Positions 7,774 through 16,264 are shown, counted from the stretch's first letter. The stretch: DNA of 20,000 bases from an uncultured virus (IMG/VR IMGVR_UViG_2049941000_000254) (IMGVR_UViG_2049941000_000254); one strand, 5' to 3'. Notes: generated by a model from the letters alone, not told the origin. Made by a program: numbers and translations.

Positions 7774-8967
7774 ATGCGACAGGAATATGCAGCAATTAAT
7801 GGTTGGCGCAAGCTCGCTGCCCCGATTCTGTGGAATGTTTTCAGTAAGCCCGTGTCCATCGACAGCGAGCATACTGACCGTACTGTAGCCATGAACGATG
7901 CCCTTACCAACCTTCATCTGAACGCCGAAGTTGTAGGTCTCAAGCAGGGACCCGTAATTACGCGCTACATGGTCAAGGTGGGCGATGGAATTCGCGTACG
8001 CAATCTCCGCAACAACCTTGAAGATATTGCTATGCGACTCGGCGTACCCAGGAAATCCATTCGCATCGAATGCAACGATGGCCTTGTGGGCATCGAAGTT
8101 CCAAACGACATCCGTTCCGTAGTTCCGTGCCGTACAATCGTGACACCTGATATCTGCGAAAAGATGCAGTTCGGATCACTCAATATCGGGATGGGTGTCG
8201 ATATCATCGGCAACCCGGTGAAATTCAATCTCGCAAAAGCTCCGCATATGCTAGTGGCCGGACAGACTGGGTCGGGCAAGAGTGTGTTTCTCAACTCGCT
8301 CATTTGCAACCTGCTGATGAACAATCATCCCGATGAAATCGAACTTGTGCTTATTGACCCGAAGGGCACTGAAATGCAGGCTTACTCCATACTCAAGACT
8401 GTTAAGGTCATTAACAATGTCCATGATGCGGTCAAGAAGCTTGCATCCCTTGTCGATGTAATGGAAGAACGTTACAGAATGTTTACCGATGCAACTGCTA
8501 AATTTGGCCGTCCAGTCCGTACTCTCGATGACTATATGGAAACCGTCACCGACTATTCTAAGGATGTCAATAGACGCAAACGCATTGTAGTGGTCATTGA
8601 TGAAGTTGCCGACCTCATGGCATGTGACCGACAGGGAATGGAAACAAGCATATCCAGACTCGCGGCGAAGGCACGCGCTGCAGGTATCCATCTGGTGCTT
8701 GCCACTCAACGCCCGTCACGTGATGTCATCACGGGTACCATCAAGGCGAACCTGCCGACCCGCATTGCATTCCGTCTTCCGTCACAGGTTGACTCCAAGA
8801 CAATCCTTGACGAAATCGGGGCCGAGTCGCTTCTTGGACGTGGCGACATGCTTTTCAAGACTGCTGACGGGGTTACACGTCTGCATGGGTGCTGGATGTC
8901 CGATGACGATATCATGAACTTCATCAACATGTGCAGTACAATTTACAAGACTATCAAGCCTTGGTAA
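7774..8967 (+). CDS. ftsK: FtsK/SpoIIIE-family DNA translocase motor (alpha+beta domains only)
   Basis: GPVITRY and VGIEVPN (alpha domain), PHMLVAGQTGSGKS (Walker A), LIDPK, VVVIDEVADLM (Walker B), KARAAGIHLVLATQRPS, GAESLLGRGDMLF. Confidence 0.95.
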   Translation: MRQEYAAINGWRKLAAPILWNVFSKPVSIDSEHTDRTVAMNDALTNLHLNAEVVGLKQGPVITRYMVKVGDGIRVRNLRNNLEDIAMRLGVPRKSIRIECNDGLVGIEVPNDIRSVVPCRTIVTPDICEKMQFGSLNIGMGVDIIGNPVKFNLAKAPHMLVAGQTGSGKSVFLNSLICNLLMNNHPDEIELVLIDPKGTEMQAYSILKTVKVINNVHDAVKKLASLVDVMEERYRMFTDATAKFGRPVRTLDDYMETVTDYSKDVNRRKRIVVVIDEVADLMACDRQGMETSISRLAAKARAAGIHLVLATQRPSRDVITGTIKANLPTRIAFRLPSQVDSKTILDEIGAESLLGRGDMLFKTADGVTRLHGCWMSDDDIMNFINMCSTIYKTIKPW

Positions 8968-8982
8968 CAAAAAGGAGAACCA

Positions 8983-9450
8983 ATGAAGAAACTGTTTAAA
9001 TGGATTGCCAAGAAGAACGCCAATGAACGCAAGGCCCATCCTGTCCGCTACAATATCGTGTTGATTGTGCTTATGCTGATATTGAACACAATGTTGGTAC
9101 TGGCCGCTATTGTCCCGGAAGACAGATTGGAACACCCGATAAGGTTATTGGTGTTCTTCGCATTCTCGATTGAATATGGTGGCATAATCTGCCATCTGCT
9201 TGATAGAGTCATCGGTCGATATACCAATGACTGGCGCATAGCGAACATTGTCAACCCGCAAATCATTCAGCTCATTCAATCATTGGAAAAGGCTGAACAG
9301 GATATCAACGAGGGAAAAATTGCATGGCTAGGAAATTTCTACAATCCGTCGAAGGAGCGCGTTGAGACCACCCGAGTACCTATCGAGGAATACCTTGTTG
9401 ACCCGAAACCGGCGGAAGAACCAACCGTATCTGGGAAAACACCGGAATAA
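8983..9450 (+). CDS. Membrane protein (two predicted TM helices)
   Basis: AAGGAG RBS. Hydrophobic segments IVLIVLMLILNTMLVLAAIV and IRLLVFFAFSIEYGGIICHLL. Confidence 0.75.
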   Translation: MKKLFKWIAKKNANERKAHPVRYNIVLIVLMLILNTMLVLAAIVPEDRLEHPIRLLVFFAFSIEYGGIICHLLDRVIGRYTNDWRIANIVNPQIIQLIQSLEKAEQDINEGKIAWLGNFYNPSKERVETTRVPIEEYLVDPKPAEEPTVSGKTPE

Positions 9451-9472
9451 GTTGACCTGGTGGTACATCGTA
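9423..9472 (+). promoter_or_regulatory. Dispersed 50-bp element, copy 7 (upstream of sigma gene)
   Basis: ACCGTA 9424, GACCTGGTG 9454, CATCGT 9466. Overlaps the end of the upstream CDS and has a weak hairpin. Confidence 0.8.
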
Positions 9473-9518
9473 TTACCAACGAAACTCAAACAATCAAACG
9501 AAAGGAAACAACAATCCA

Positions 9519-10298
9519 ATGCTTAACTGCACATCATATCTTCGCATTCAACTATCCAAGGCTTATGAAGCCGCAAAGAAAGCCATTTCCTCTGCAGACA
9601 TTGAAAAGGAATACATCAAGAAGGCGAAGGCGGGATCGCAGGTAGCCAGGGATACTTTGTTTAACCTTTACATCCCGTTTGTCATCAGTTACGCTCGCTC
9701 AAGTACCTATACAATGTATAGCGGAGACATGGGTGACCTTATCAGCGCTGCCGCTATCGGTTTCGATCGAGCCATCGAACTATTCGATAGCACCCTCGGT
9801 TATGAATTTGGGTGCTATTACAAATGGCACATCAAGAACGCTATGAACAAGGAGCTTTATGGCGATTCCGTAGTTGCTGTCCCAGAAAACTTGCAGAAAC
9901 CAGCAAAGAACCCAGATGGGAAGCAAATGCTTGATGAAGATGGCCTTCCGGTCAATCGCAATCCGGTAAAAGTGATTTCGGGCGACAGTTTGGTAGGTGA
10001 TGATGATTCCAAGACTACGCTATTGGAAACTTTGAGTGAGGAAGGCGAAAATGGAGCCGAACAAGCCGAAGAACGAAATCGGGCAGAACTTCTCCACGAA
10101 CTGTTATCATCCCTCCCTGAAATTGAATGCAATGCAATTAAGCAGATGGTGATGAACGATGACCATGTATCCACCCGTGAATGGGGCGAAAGCCACGGCT
10201 GCTCCCACGAATGGGCCCGCAAGGTCAAGAACCGCGCATTGAAGCGTCTCCGCGAGAAGATGGGTGAAATGTACATCGAGGATCGTTTGGCGGTGTAA
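9519..10298 (+). CDS. sigma70-family RNA polymerase sigma factor (divergent)
   Basis: Region 1.2/2: AKAGSQVARDTLF...DLISAAAIGFDRAIELFDSTLGYEFGCYYKWHIKNAM. Region 3.2: GDDDSKTTLLETL. Region 4: LSSLPEIE...STREWGESHGCSHEWARKVKNRALKRLR. Confidence 0.9.
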   Translation: MLNCTSYLRIQLSKAYEAAKKAISSADIEKEYIKKAKAGSQVARDTLFNLYIPFVISYARSSTYTMYSGDMGDLISAAAIGFDRAIELFDSTLGYEFGCYYKWHIKNAMNKELYGDSVVAVPENLQKPAKNPDGKQMLDEDGLPVNRNPVKVISGDSLVGDDDSKTTLLETLSEEGENGAEQAEERNRAELLHELLSSLPEIECNAIKQMVMNDDHVSTREWGESHGCSHEWARKVKNRALKRLREKMGEMYIEDRLAV

Positions 10299-10324
10299 AT
10301 GTCATAATAAATGGCGGTGTAAAT
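10288..10324 (+). repeat. 13-bp direct repeat
   Basis: tggcggtgtaaat at 10288-10300 and 10312-10324. Confidence 0.8.
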
Positions 10325-10325
10325 T

Positions 10326-10673
10326 ATGATTGTTTGCGACTATTGCCAACGGTATGCAACATCGGCTTGCCAGAACTGCGGGTATTTCAGTTCCCTCTAC
10401 GGGAGCATCACCGGGGAGTATTCAGGTGAATGGGTAACGCCGGAAGAAGCCGACCGTGAACTCCGCGAAATGTTCCCGGAAGACTTCCATGGAAAGTTCG
10501 TCACGAAGTTGATACTTGCCTACAGATTTGCCTCCCGCGTTATACTCCCGTTCCTACTGTACGAGAAGTGGAACCGCCCGAGACAATACATCAAGGGCGC
10601 GTATTATCCGTGGGAACACCAGGCAACCAGTTTACCACCGCGGGAAATCCCGGAAACCGGTTTACCATTTTAA
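10326..10673 (+). CDS. Hypothetical protein with N-terminal CxxC-x6-CxxC putative zinc ribbon
   Basis: CDYC QRYATSA CQNC near the N terminus (spacing approximate). Confidence 0.7.
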   Translation: MIVCDYCQRYATSACQNCGYFSSLYGSITGEYSGEWVTPEEADRELREMFPEDFHGKFVTKLILAYRFASRVILPFLLYEKWNRPRQYIKGAYYPWEHQATSLPPREIPETGLPF

Positions 10674-10696
10674 TTTTTCATTTTTTGAGACAGACC

Positions 10697-11023
10697 ATGC
10701 CTAGCGAAGCCAAAGTAGAAGAAGACATAAAGAAGAATAACGGTGTTATCCCCATGGAACACGTGGACGTAGTAAGGGAAGAAAAGTTTGAAAATGAGGG
10801 CCTGGTGAAGTGCTATGACCGCCAGGGCCGCATCGTTGAAATCGCATTCCTGCAATCGGGAAACGGGTGTACCATCCAGTACATCGAGGCCCCGGCAAGA
10901 CCGGACGCTCCCCCCGATGAACGCATCGTCCGTTGGAAAAGCGGGGAAGTGTTCCGAACCTGGAAAGAAGAAGGTAAAACAAAGTTTACGAGGTTGCAAG
11001 ATGAACAAGAGTGGCACTATTGA
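10697..11023 (+). CDS. Hypothetical protein (MPSEAKV..., 108 aa)
   Basis: Non-overlapping start ATG 10697, protein-like composition. Confidence 0.7.
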   Translation: MPSEAKVEEDIKKNNGVIPMEHVDVVREEKFENEGLVKCYDRQGRIVEIAFLQSGNGCTIQYIEAPARPDAPPDERIVRWKSGEVFRTWKEEGKTKFTRLQDEQEWHY

Positions 11024-11075
11024 TAGCAACACCCGCCAAAACATGAGCCCGTGGTTGGCATACAACCTGGCTGAT

Positions 11076-11260
11076 GTCAACTACGCACCGCCTAAAGGCG
11101 GTGAGCTTGTAATGCTGCCTATGTTTCCATGGCAGGCTTACAGTACGATCGGACGGTTGACAGACGCCCTGCCCTCCAGGTTTTCAGAGTGCCGTCGAGC
11201 GGCATCCTGAACGAGAAGGGATGTTTGCTCTTCCGAGCTATGTTGATTGCGGCATTCCAG
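11076..11260 (-). ncRNA. Putative TnpB omega/reRNA scaffold (5' limit approximate); guide is the flank from 11075 downwards
   Basis: reRNAs are known to overlap the tnpB 3' end and run through the element right end. Boundaries are inferred. Confidence 0.55.
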
Positions 11261-12303
11261 TCGGAATCGAGGACGGTGCCGTTCTTGCAGTAGAAGCGGC
11301 GGTTCTTCCTGGTTCCGTTTTTCTTTCCGGTAGTGCAATCGGTCTTGCTTGTCATGAACGGTGAAACTGTTTCTACCCGCTTGCCAGCGAGCAGTGCCTT
11401 GTATGACAAGATTTGTTTTAACTTGTAGAACGGTACCTGGGAAATCCTACGGTTGTGGTCTTTCCGCTTCTTGCCGTCCTTGGTCTTTGAAGTCTTCTGC
11501 TTTATTTTCGAAAGGTCTTCGAGCACGATGATGCTTGCGTCGGTGCTTTCGATGATGGCGTTCGCCACTCGGCAGCACATGTCGCCCGACTGCCGCTGCT
11601 CCGTCTTGCATAGCTTGCTCCGATGCCTGTACGCACTCTTCGTGCCCTTCTTCTGCAAGCAACGCTTCAGGTAGCGAACCCTACGCCGTCTTGCATTGTA
11701 TTCCTTGTCGTCGAGCATCAACCCGTCTGAAGTTATCGCGAAACGGCGCTCACCCAAATCAACTCCTATGCAATTTTCGTCCCGCAAAGGTACTTCCGGA
11801 ACCTCGAACGACAGCGCCAGGAAGAACCTGCCATCACGCTTGAATATCAGCGGATCGTGCACGGGATACTTTCCGAACATCTCTTCCAGCTTAGGGTATT
11901 TTACGATATCGGCATCGACCCGCTTTCCTGGCTTGGACGAACATAATGAAATCGAAGATAGGCTTAGACGGGAATACAGGCGCTTGTCAAGACGCATCGA
12001 AAGATTCTTCTTGGCCGGAACCTTGTGCTCGACATGACCGTTGCTGTTGATTGAACGGAACGCCGATATGCAGTCCTTGTATATCTTGATTATCCCTTGA
12101 GACGGTATCGTCGGGAACTTCTCGCGCAATTCGTAGTACACTGCGTTGTGCACGGACTGCAAGTCCAGGTGTACCTTACGGGTGGTTATGATGTCAGCAC
12201 ATTCGTTGTACGCAAGTCGAGACACTTCAAGAAGGCTCGTCCAGTATTCCTGGCCGGCTGTATCCTTGAATTTTAGCTCGGCATTGTACGTTATCGTACT
12301 CAT
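11119..12303 (-). CDS. tnpB: RNA-guided endonuclease TnpB
   Basis: RuvC-I IGVDLGE, RuvC-II IVLEDLS, RuvC-III DSDWNAAINI. 394 aa. The zinc-finger cysteines are partly lost. Confidence 0.93.
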   Translation of the reverse strand: MSTITYNAELKFKDTAGQEYWTSLLEVSRLAYNECADIITTRKVHLDLQSVHNAVYYELREKFPTIPSQGIIKIYKDCISAFRSINSNGHVEHKVPAKKNLSMRLDKRLYSRLSLSSISLCSSKPGKRVDADIVKYPKLEEMFGKYPVHDPLIFKRDGRFFLALSFEVPEVPLRDENCIGVDLGERRFAITSDGLMLDDKEYNARRRRVRYLKRCLQKKGTKSAYRHRSKLCKTEQRQSGDMCCRVANAIIESTDASIIVLEDLSKIKQKTSKTKDGKKRKDHNRRISQVPFYKLKQILSYKALLAGKRVETVSPFMTSKTDCTTGKKNGTRKNRRFYCKNGTVLDSDWNAAINIARKSKHPFSFRMPLDGTLKTWRAGRLSTVRSYCKPAMET

Positions 12304-12556
12304 CTATACTTCACCCGTGTTCATCAAAAAGCTTATATATTCTTGGAANNNNNNNNNNNNNNNNNNNNNNNNNNNNNNNNNNNNNNNNNNNNNNNNNNNN
12401 NNNNNNNNNNNNNNNNNNNNNNNNNNNNNNNNNNNNNNNNCCATGCATATATACAGTATGACTACAAGAAAGTGTTCCCAAAGTGTTCTCGCGGGCATTC
12501 CTATGACGCCCTAAAGGGACGGCATCTTCCTGCCCGCACTTTTTGTGAAACTAGCC

Positions 12557-12591
12557 ATGGTTGCCACCTAAGCCCAAATATGCTACATTTT
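12557..12591 (+). promoter_or_regulatory. sigma70-like promoter with extended -10
   Basis: ATGG-TTGCCA (12561-12566)-N17-TACATT (12584-12589). Twin of 4462-4496. Confidence 0.7.
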
Positions 12592-12632
12592 GGGTATGAA
12601 ATGATAAACTGTGTAAAAACGGAGATTTTTTC

Positions 12633-13442
12633 ATGTCGATTACAAGTGAAATACAGGCCAACCTGAACATGATGAAGATGTACCCCGGGCTCAACGGAAA
12701 GGTGTCCGCGTACCTCGAATCCATCATGAGCACTAACCCCATGGCCGCCTACGGCTACGAGCACAACGGCTCGAAGCTGCAACCGCTCACGGAAGCTACC
12801 GTGGACCGTATCCTCGATCACGGAAAGAATGGCATGATTATCATTACTTCCGACCGTGGCGAACGTACGCCCGCAGAGAACTACCAGAAGCGCAATGAGC
12901 TGCTCGGGGACATCAAGGCAATGAACCTCTCGTACATCGTCGTCTACGGCGGGTACAGGGACAAGATGAAGTCCCCTCCCCTCACCGTGAACGGGGAAAC
13001 CTCCTTCGTCATCCCCGCACACGACCGCAACGGCAACCTGGTCCCCTGGGACGTGCTGTACCAGTTTGCCAAGGACATGTGTGCCAAGTATGACCAGGAT
13101 TCCGTGCTCGTCCAGGAACCCGGCAAGGGACCGAAGTACATCGACAAGGACGGCAACGAAGTGACCGACCTCAGCGGTCCGGTCGTAAAGAACGACCTTA
13201 CCCAGGAATACTTCTCCTCGCTCATCAAGTCCAAGCACTATGACGAGGCGCATCCGGACAGGCTGAAACGGTTCAGCTTCACGGAACCGGCAAAGGATGA
13301 ACCGGGGAAACCCGCCCCGAAGACCGAAGCCGCCTTCTTCGTGAACCCTCCGCCCTGCACCCAGGGTGAAATGAGGCGCCGCGGTGCCGAAGGCGAAATC
13401 TTCGCGCTTTGGGACGAAATCCCCAGGGACGTGCGGATCTAA
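12633..13442 (+). CDS. SAM lyase (T3 SAMase)-like protein with terminal extensions
   Basis: IIITSDR...EN, GGYRD...ETSFVI and MCAKYDQDSVLV resemble, in order, T3 SAMase motifs as recalled (VLVSAFR...VN, GCYRE...EEKTVRV, ACNEWEQDCVLV). GGAG RBS. Confidence 0.65.
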   Translation: MSITSEIQANLNMMKMYPGLNGKVSAYLESIMSTNPMAAYGYEHNGSKLQPLTEATVDRILDHGKNGMIIITSDRGERTPAENYQKRNELLGDIKAMNLSYIVVYGGYRDKMKSPPLTVNGETSFVIPAHDRNGNLVPWDVLYQFAKDMCAKYDQDSVLVQEPGKGPKYIDKDGNEVTDLSGPVVKNDLTQEYFSSLIKSKHYDEAHPDRLKRFSFTEPAKDEPGKPAPKTEAAFFVNPPPCTQGEMRRRGAEGEIFALWDEIPRDVRI

Positions 13443-13453
13443 CGAACGTAAAC

Positions 13454-13486
13454 AAGAAACCCACCGGTGATTCCGGTGGGTTTTTT
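13454..13486. terminator. Intrinsic terminator, probably bidirectional
   Basis: AAACCCACCGG-TGATT-CCGGTGGGTTT-TTT between convergent genes. Confidence 0.9.
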
Positions 13487-13501
13487 AATGCCCGTATTCC
13501 G

Positions 13502-13713
13502 TTAATGAATGTTGGCCTGCCATATGAACAGATGGCGCAGAATTGGCGNNNNNNNNNNACCAGGGACAGATATTTCCCTAGTCCGAAGCTTGTATAGGCC
13601 ACATATCCGGCCACGAACGATGGCCCAAACATCAATACAAACTCTGCCACAAACAGAAGAACAAATGCGATGGCTGGCCAACAGTCCTTGTATTCCTCGA
13701 TAATCTTTTTCAT
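13502..13713 (-). CDS. Small membrane protein (gap inside; end inferred)
   Basis: AGGAG RBS, hydrophobic AIAFVLLFVAEFVLMFG. A post-gap frame PILRHLFIWQANIH* stops just before the terminator. Confidence 0.6.
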
Positions 13714-13722
13714 TTTTAACTC

Positions 13723-13848
13723 CTAGTTCTTGATACCCCTTGTGCAGCCTTCTATGTCATCATCCTGGATGGCGACCATATCAGGAACCTCTTCCGAGTA
13801 GATGAAATCTATGTGGACAGTCGATTGTGTTCCGGTTTTTGTGTCCGG
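13723..13848 (-). CDS. 3' end of a hypothetical protein (start in gap)
   Basis: PDTKTGTQSTVHIDF...GIKN*, ending next to the RBS of the following gene. Confidence 0.5.
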   Translation of the reverse strand, partial: PDTKTGTQSTVHIDFIYSEEVPDMVAIQDDDIEGCTRGIKN

Positions 13849-14318
13849 ANNNNNNNNNNNNNNNNNNNNNNNNNNNNNNNNNNNNNNNNNNNNNNNNNNN
13901 NNNNNNNNNNNNNNNNNNNNNNNNNNNNNNNNNNNNNNNNNNNNNNNNNNNNNNNNNNNNNNNNNNNNNNNNNNNNNNNNNNNNNNNNNNNNNNNNNNNN
14001 NNNNNNNNNNNNNNNNNNNNNNNNNNNNNNNNNNNNNNNNNNNNNNNNNNNNNNNNNNNNNNNNNNNNNNNNNNNNNNNNNNNNNNNNNNNNNNNNNNNN
14101 NNNNNNNNNNNNNNNNNNNNNNNNNNNNNNNNNNNNNNNNNNNNNNNNNNNNNNNNNNNNNNNNNNNNNNNNNNNNNNNNNNNNNNNNNNNNNNNNNNNN
14201 NNNNNNNNNNNNNNNNNNNNNNNNNNNNNNNNNNNNNNNNNNNNNNNNNNNNNNNNNNNNNNNNNNNNNNNNNNNNNNNNNNNNNNNNNNNNNNNNNNNN
14301 NNNNNNNNNNNNNNNNNN

Positions 14319-14636
14319 GGGCACCAGGGCCTCGAATTCGGCCTGGGTAATCTCCCAGAACTTGCGCGGGCCCAGGCCCTTGCAATCGAATTCCCCGAGC
14401 TCGTTGCTGACCTCATCAGGATAACGGTCAAACAGGAGCTTGGCCGTGCTTATGCAGCGCCTCGTAGGCGAGCTTATGATGGTATTCCTGGCTTCATCAG
14501 GTATATGGCATCCCACACGTTCTTCCCAGTCATCTGGCTTGTCGAGGATAGTTATGTCGGCGTCTTCATAACTTGCAGCCATGGCGCCGGCCAGATTTGC
14601 CGATGTCGGCGCATGTCTGATGAAATATATTTTCAT
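14319..14636 (-). CDS. Histidine phosphatase (phosphoglycerate mutase-like) family, 5' part
   Basis: KIYFIRHAPT (RHG-like motif), ISSPTRRCISTA, LGEFD. Truncated by the gap. Confidence 0.85.
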
Positions 14637-14718
14637 TTTTCGTTTTCTTTATTTCAAAAGTCTTTTAATGAAACTTGAAATACAGGATGCACTAGCAAAT
14701 TCGGTACAATCTTATTCA

Positions 14719-15150
14719 TCATTCGAGACCTTTCCTGGATTCCTTATCCAATTTATGGCCTACTAGCCATAGGTAAATTTTCCACATGAAGTTGTTTCTC
14801 GGGGAGAACCATATCGACCTGTCGTCGATATAGAAGTCACACCGGATTTTTCGTCCGAAATTTTCATGTTCCCACCCATGCTCAACATAGTCACCGATGA
14901 CATTGGAGTTGACATTGTCGAGATGCAGTCCATGTCTTGCACAGAACTTGACGGCATCGTTAAGGTATTCCCCATCGGGGAAATCCTTTCCGCCATAGTT
15001 TTCACGGCAGGTCCATAAGATAATCGTATCACCTTTTTTCTGACGTTTTTTCAGCCATTCAATGATTGTATTGTTGGGTAGGCCATACCCAATATTTGGC
15101 CATCCTCTATTGCATATCGTGCCGTCAAAGTCTACTGCGATTGTACTCAT
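14719..15150 (-). CDS. HAD-superfamily hydrolase (capless type)
   Basis: IAVDFDGTI (motif I), LWTCR (II), RK..CDFYIDDR (III/IV). Confidence 0.85.
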   Translation of the reverse strand: MSTIAVDFDGTICNRGWPNIGYGLPNNTIIEWLKKRQKKGDTIILWTCRENYGGKDFPDGEYLNDAVKFCARHGLHLDNVNSNVIGDYVEHGWEHENFGRKIRCDFYIDDRSIWFSPRNNFMWKIYLWLVGHKLDKESRKGLE

Positions 15151-15669
15151 TTTCCCGCCTTCTTCTGTTTAGGTTGCGCCTTCTTGTCCTGTTCCGCGCT
15201 CTCCTTCAATTCGTCAAAGATTTCCTTGTACGGGAGCGGCTTGAAATTTTTGTCGAGCTTTGCCNNNNNNNNNNGCTGCAATCACAAAATCGAGCTCGAC
15301 AACGAACAGTGCACTCTTGCTGGTCTTGGTCTTCTTGAAGATGAACATCTTTTCCTTTTCATCATAGGACAATCCGTAGTCCTTGGCGGCCTTGAAAAGT
15401 TCCGTCATCTTCTGCTTGTTCTGTATGAAGGAATAGATGGCCTCTTCCTCCTTCGCGGATGCGGTCATCTTGATCAGCACATGGCGCACCTGGGACAGGT
15501 CATAGTCGCGGTCGGCATTGCCGTCAAACCACTTGATAGGAAACTCCATCGAGAATCCGGACTTGCTCCTGAAAACGAATGCCTGGTCGGTTTCATTGGT
15601 TACTAGGTCGAAACCGTTGTCCTTGAACATCCTCTTGATTGCGTCTTTCTTGATATAGGTCGGCATCAT
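15147..15669 (-). CDS. Hypothetical protein (gap inside; true end likely 15147)
   Basis: Post-gap frame AKLDKNFKPLPYKEIFDELK...KAGK* overlaps the HAD start (ATGA). Confidence 0.65.
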
Positions 15670-16061
15670 TTCCTCGCCGTAATAATGGTTATATTGTTAT
15701 ACTTGGCACCCGAACCACCTTTGAAGGCCTGCATTTCCATTTCCTGGAACAGTTCAGCTGCATTCCGGTAAGTCTTTCCGTTGCATACGATATGGTTTTC
15801 CTTCGCGATAGAGTAATCGGCAACAGCCTTGGCCATGTCGCTCTCGTTCCGATATATGGGACGCCTGGCGTAGCCATACCCGTCAAGCGTAGTGATGTCC
15901 TGGTACGAATAGGCCGGATCCATGAGCTTACCCGCACAGTCCGGCTGGAACACCGGCCTCAGGTTAATCTTGCTCTCCTCGTGAGCGCGGACCCAAATCT
16001 TGCGCCCCATGAGGCCAAGGATGCACCCGTAAAGTCCGTATTTTAGCCAAAATTTACACAT
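15666..16061 (-). CDS. Hypothetical protein (start uncertain)
   Basis: Open frame from MCKFW, coupled to the next gene. Confidence 0.65.
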   Translation of the reverse strand: MCKFWLKYGLYGCILGLMGRKIWVRAHEESKINLRPVFQPDCAGKLMDPAYSYQDITTLDGYGYARRPIYRNESDMAKAVADYSIAKENHIVCNGKTYRNAAELFQEMEMQAFKGGSGAKYNNITIITARK

Positions 16062-16264
16062 TTTACGTNNNNNNNNNNACACAGAAAACGCTTCAAGGTA
16101 AAACTTACGGGCTTGGAAAGCTTCACGGACACNNNNNNNNNNCCCCGCGGGGGTGGAACGAAAGGTTCCGGGGGACCGGGGGGACCCTGGATGTAACCCC
16201 CTTGTGAAATAACGTAGCCCCTTGTCCTATACGGCCTTCTGACACCCTGGCCCAAAATACGGGG

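Larger units (their letters stand above)
11076..12544 (-). mobile_element. IS200/IS605-family (IS1341-like, tnpB-only) element
   Basis: Right end on the minus strand: CAAG-hairpin(CACCGCC/GGCGGTG, 11086-11103)-TAGT-TGAC. Left end: TCAC|15 nt-GAAG-hairpin(12503-12525). tnpB lies between them and no tnpA is visible. Confidence 0.85.

Noticed and set aside
16083..16132. 50-bp inverted copy of 16461-16510
   Set aside because: Tiny fragment between two 10-N gaps, so most likely a scaffolding or strain-variant artefact rather than an invertible element.
16144..16191. Possible degenerate 12th element copy (GACCGGGGGGACCCTGG at 16174)
   Set aside because: The left box (CCCGCG) and right box (CCTGGA) match poorly, the sequence is G/C-run-rich, and it abuts a gap.
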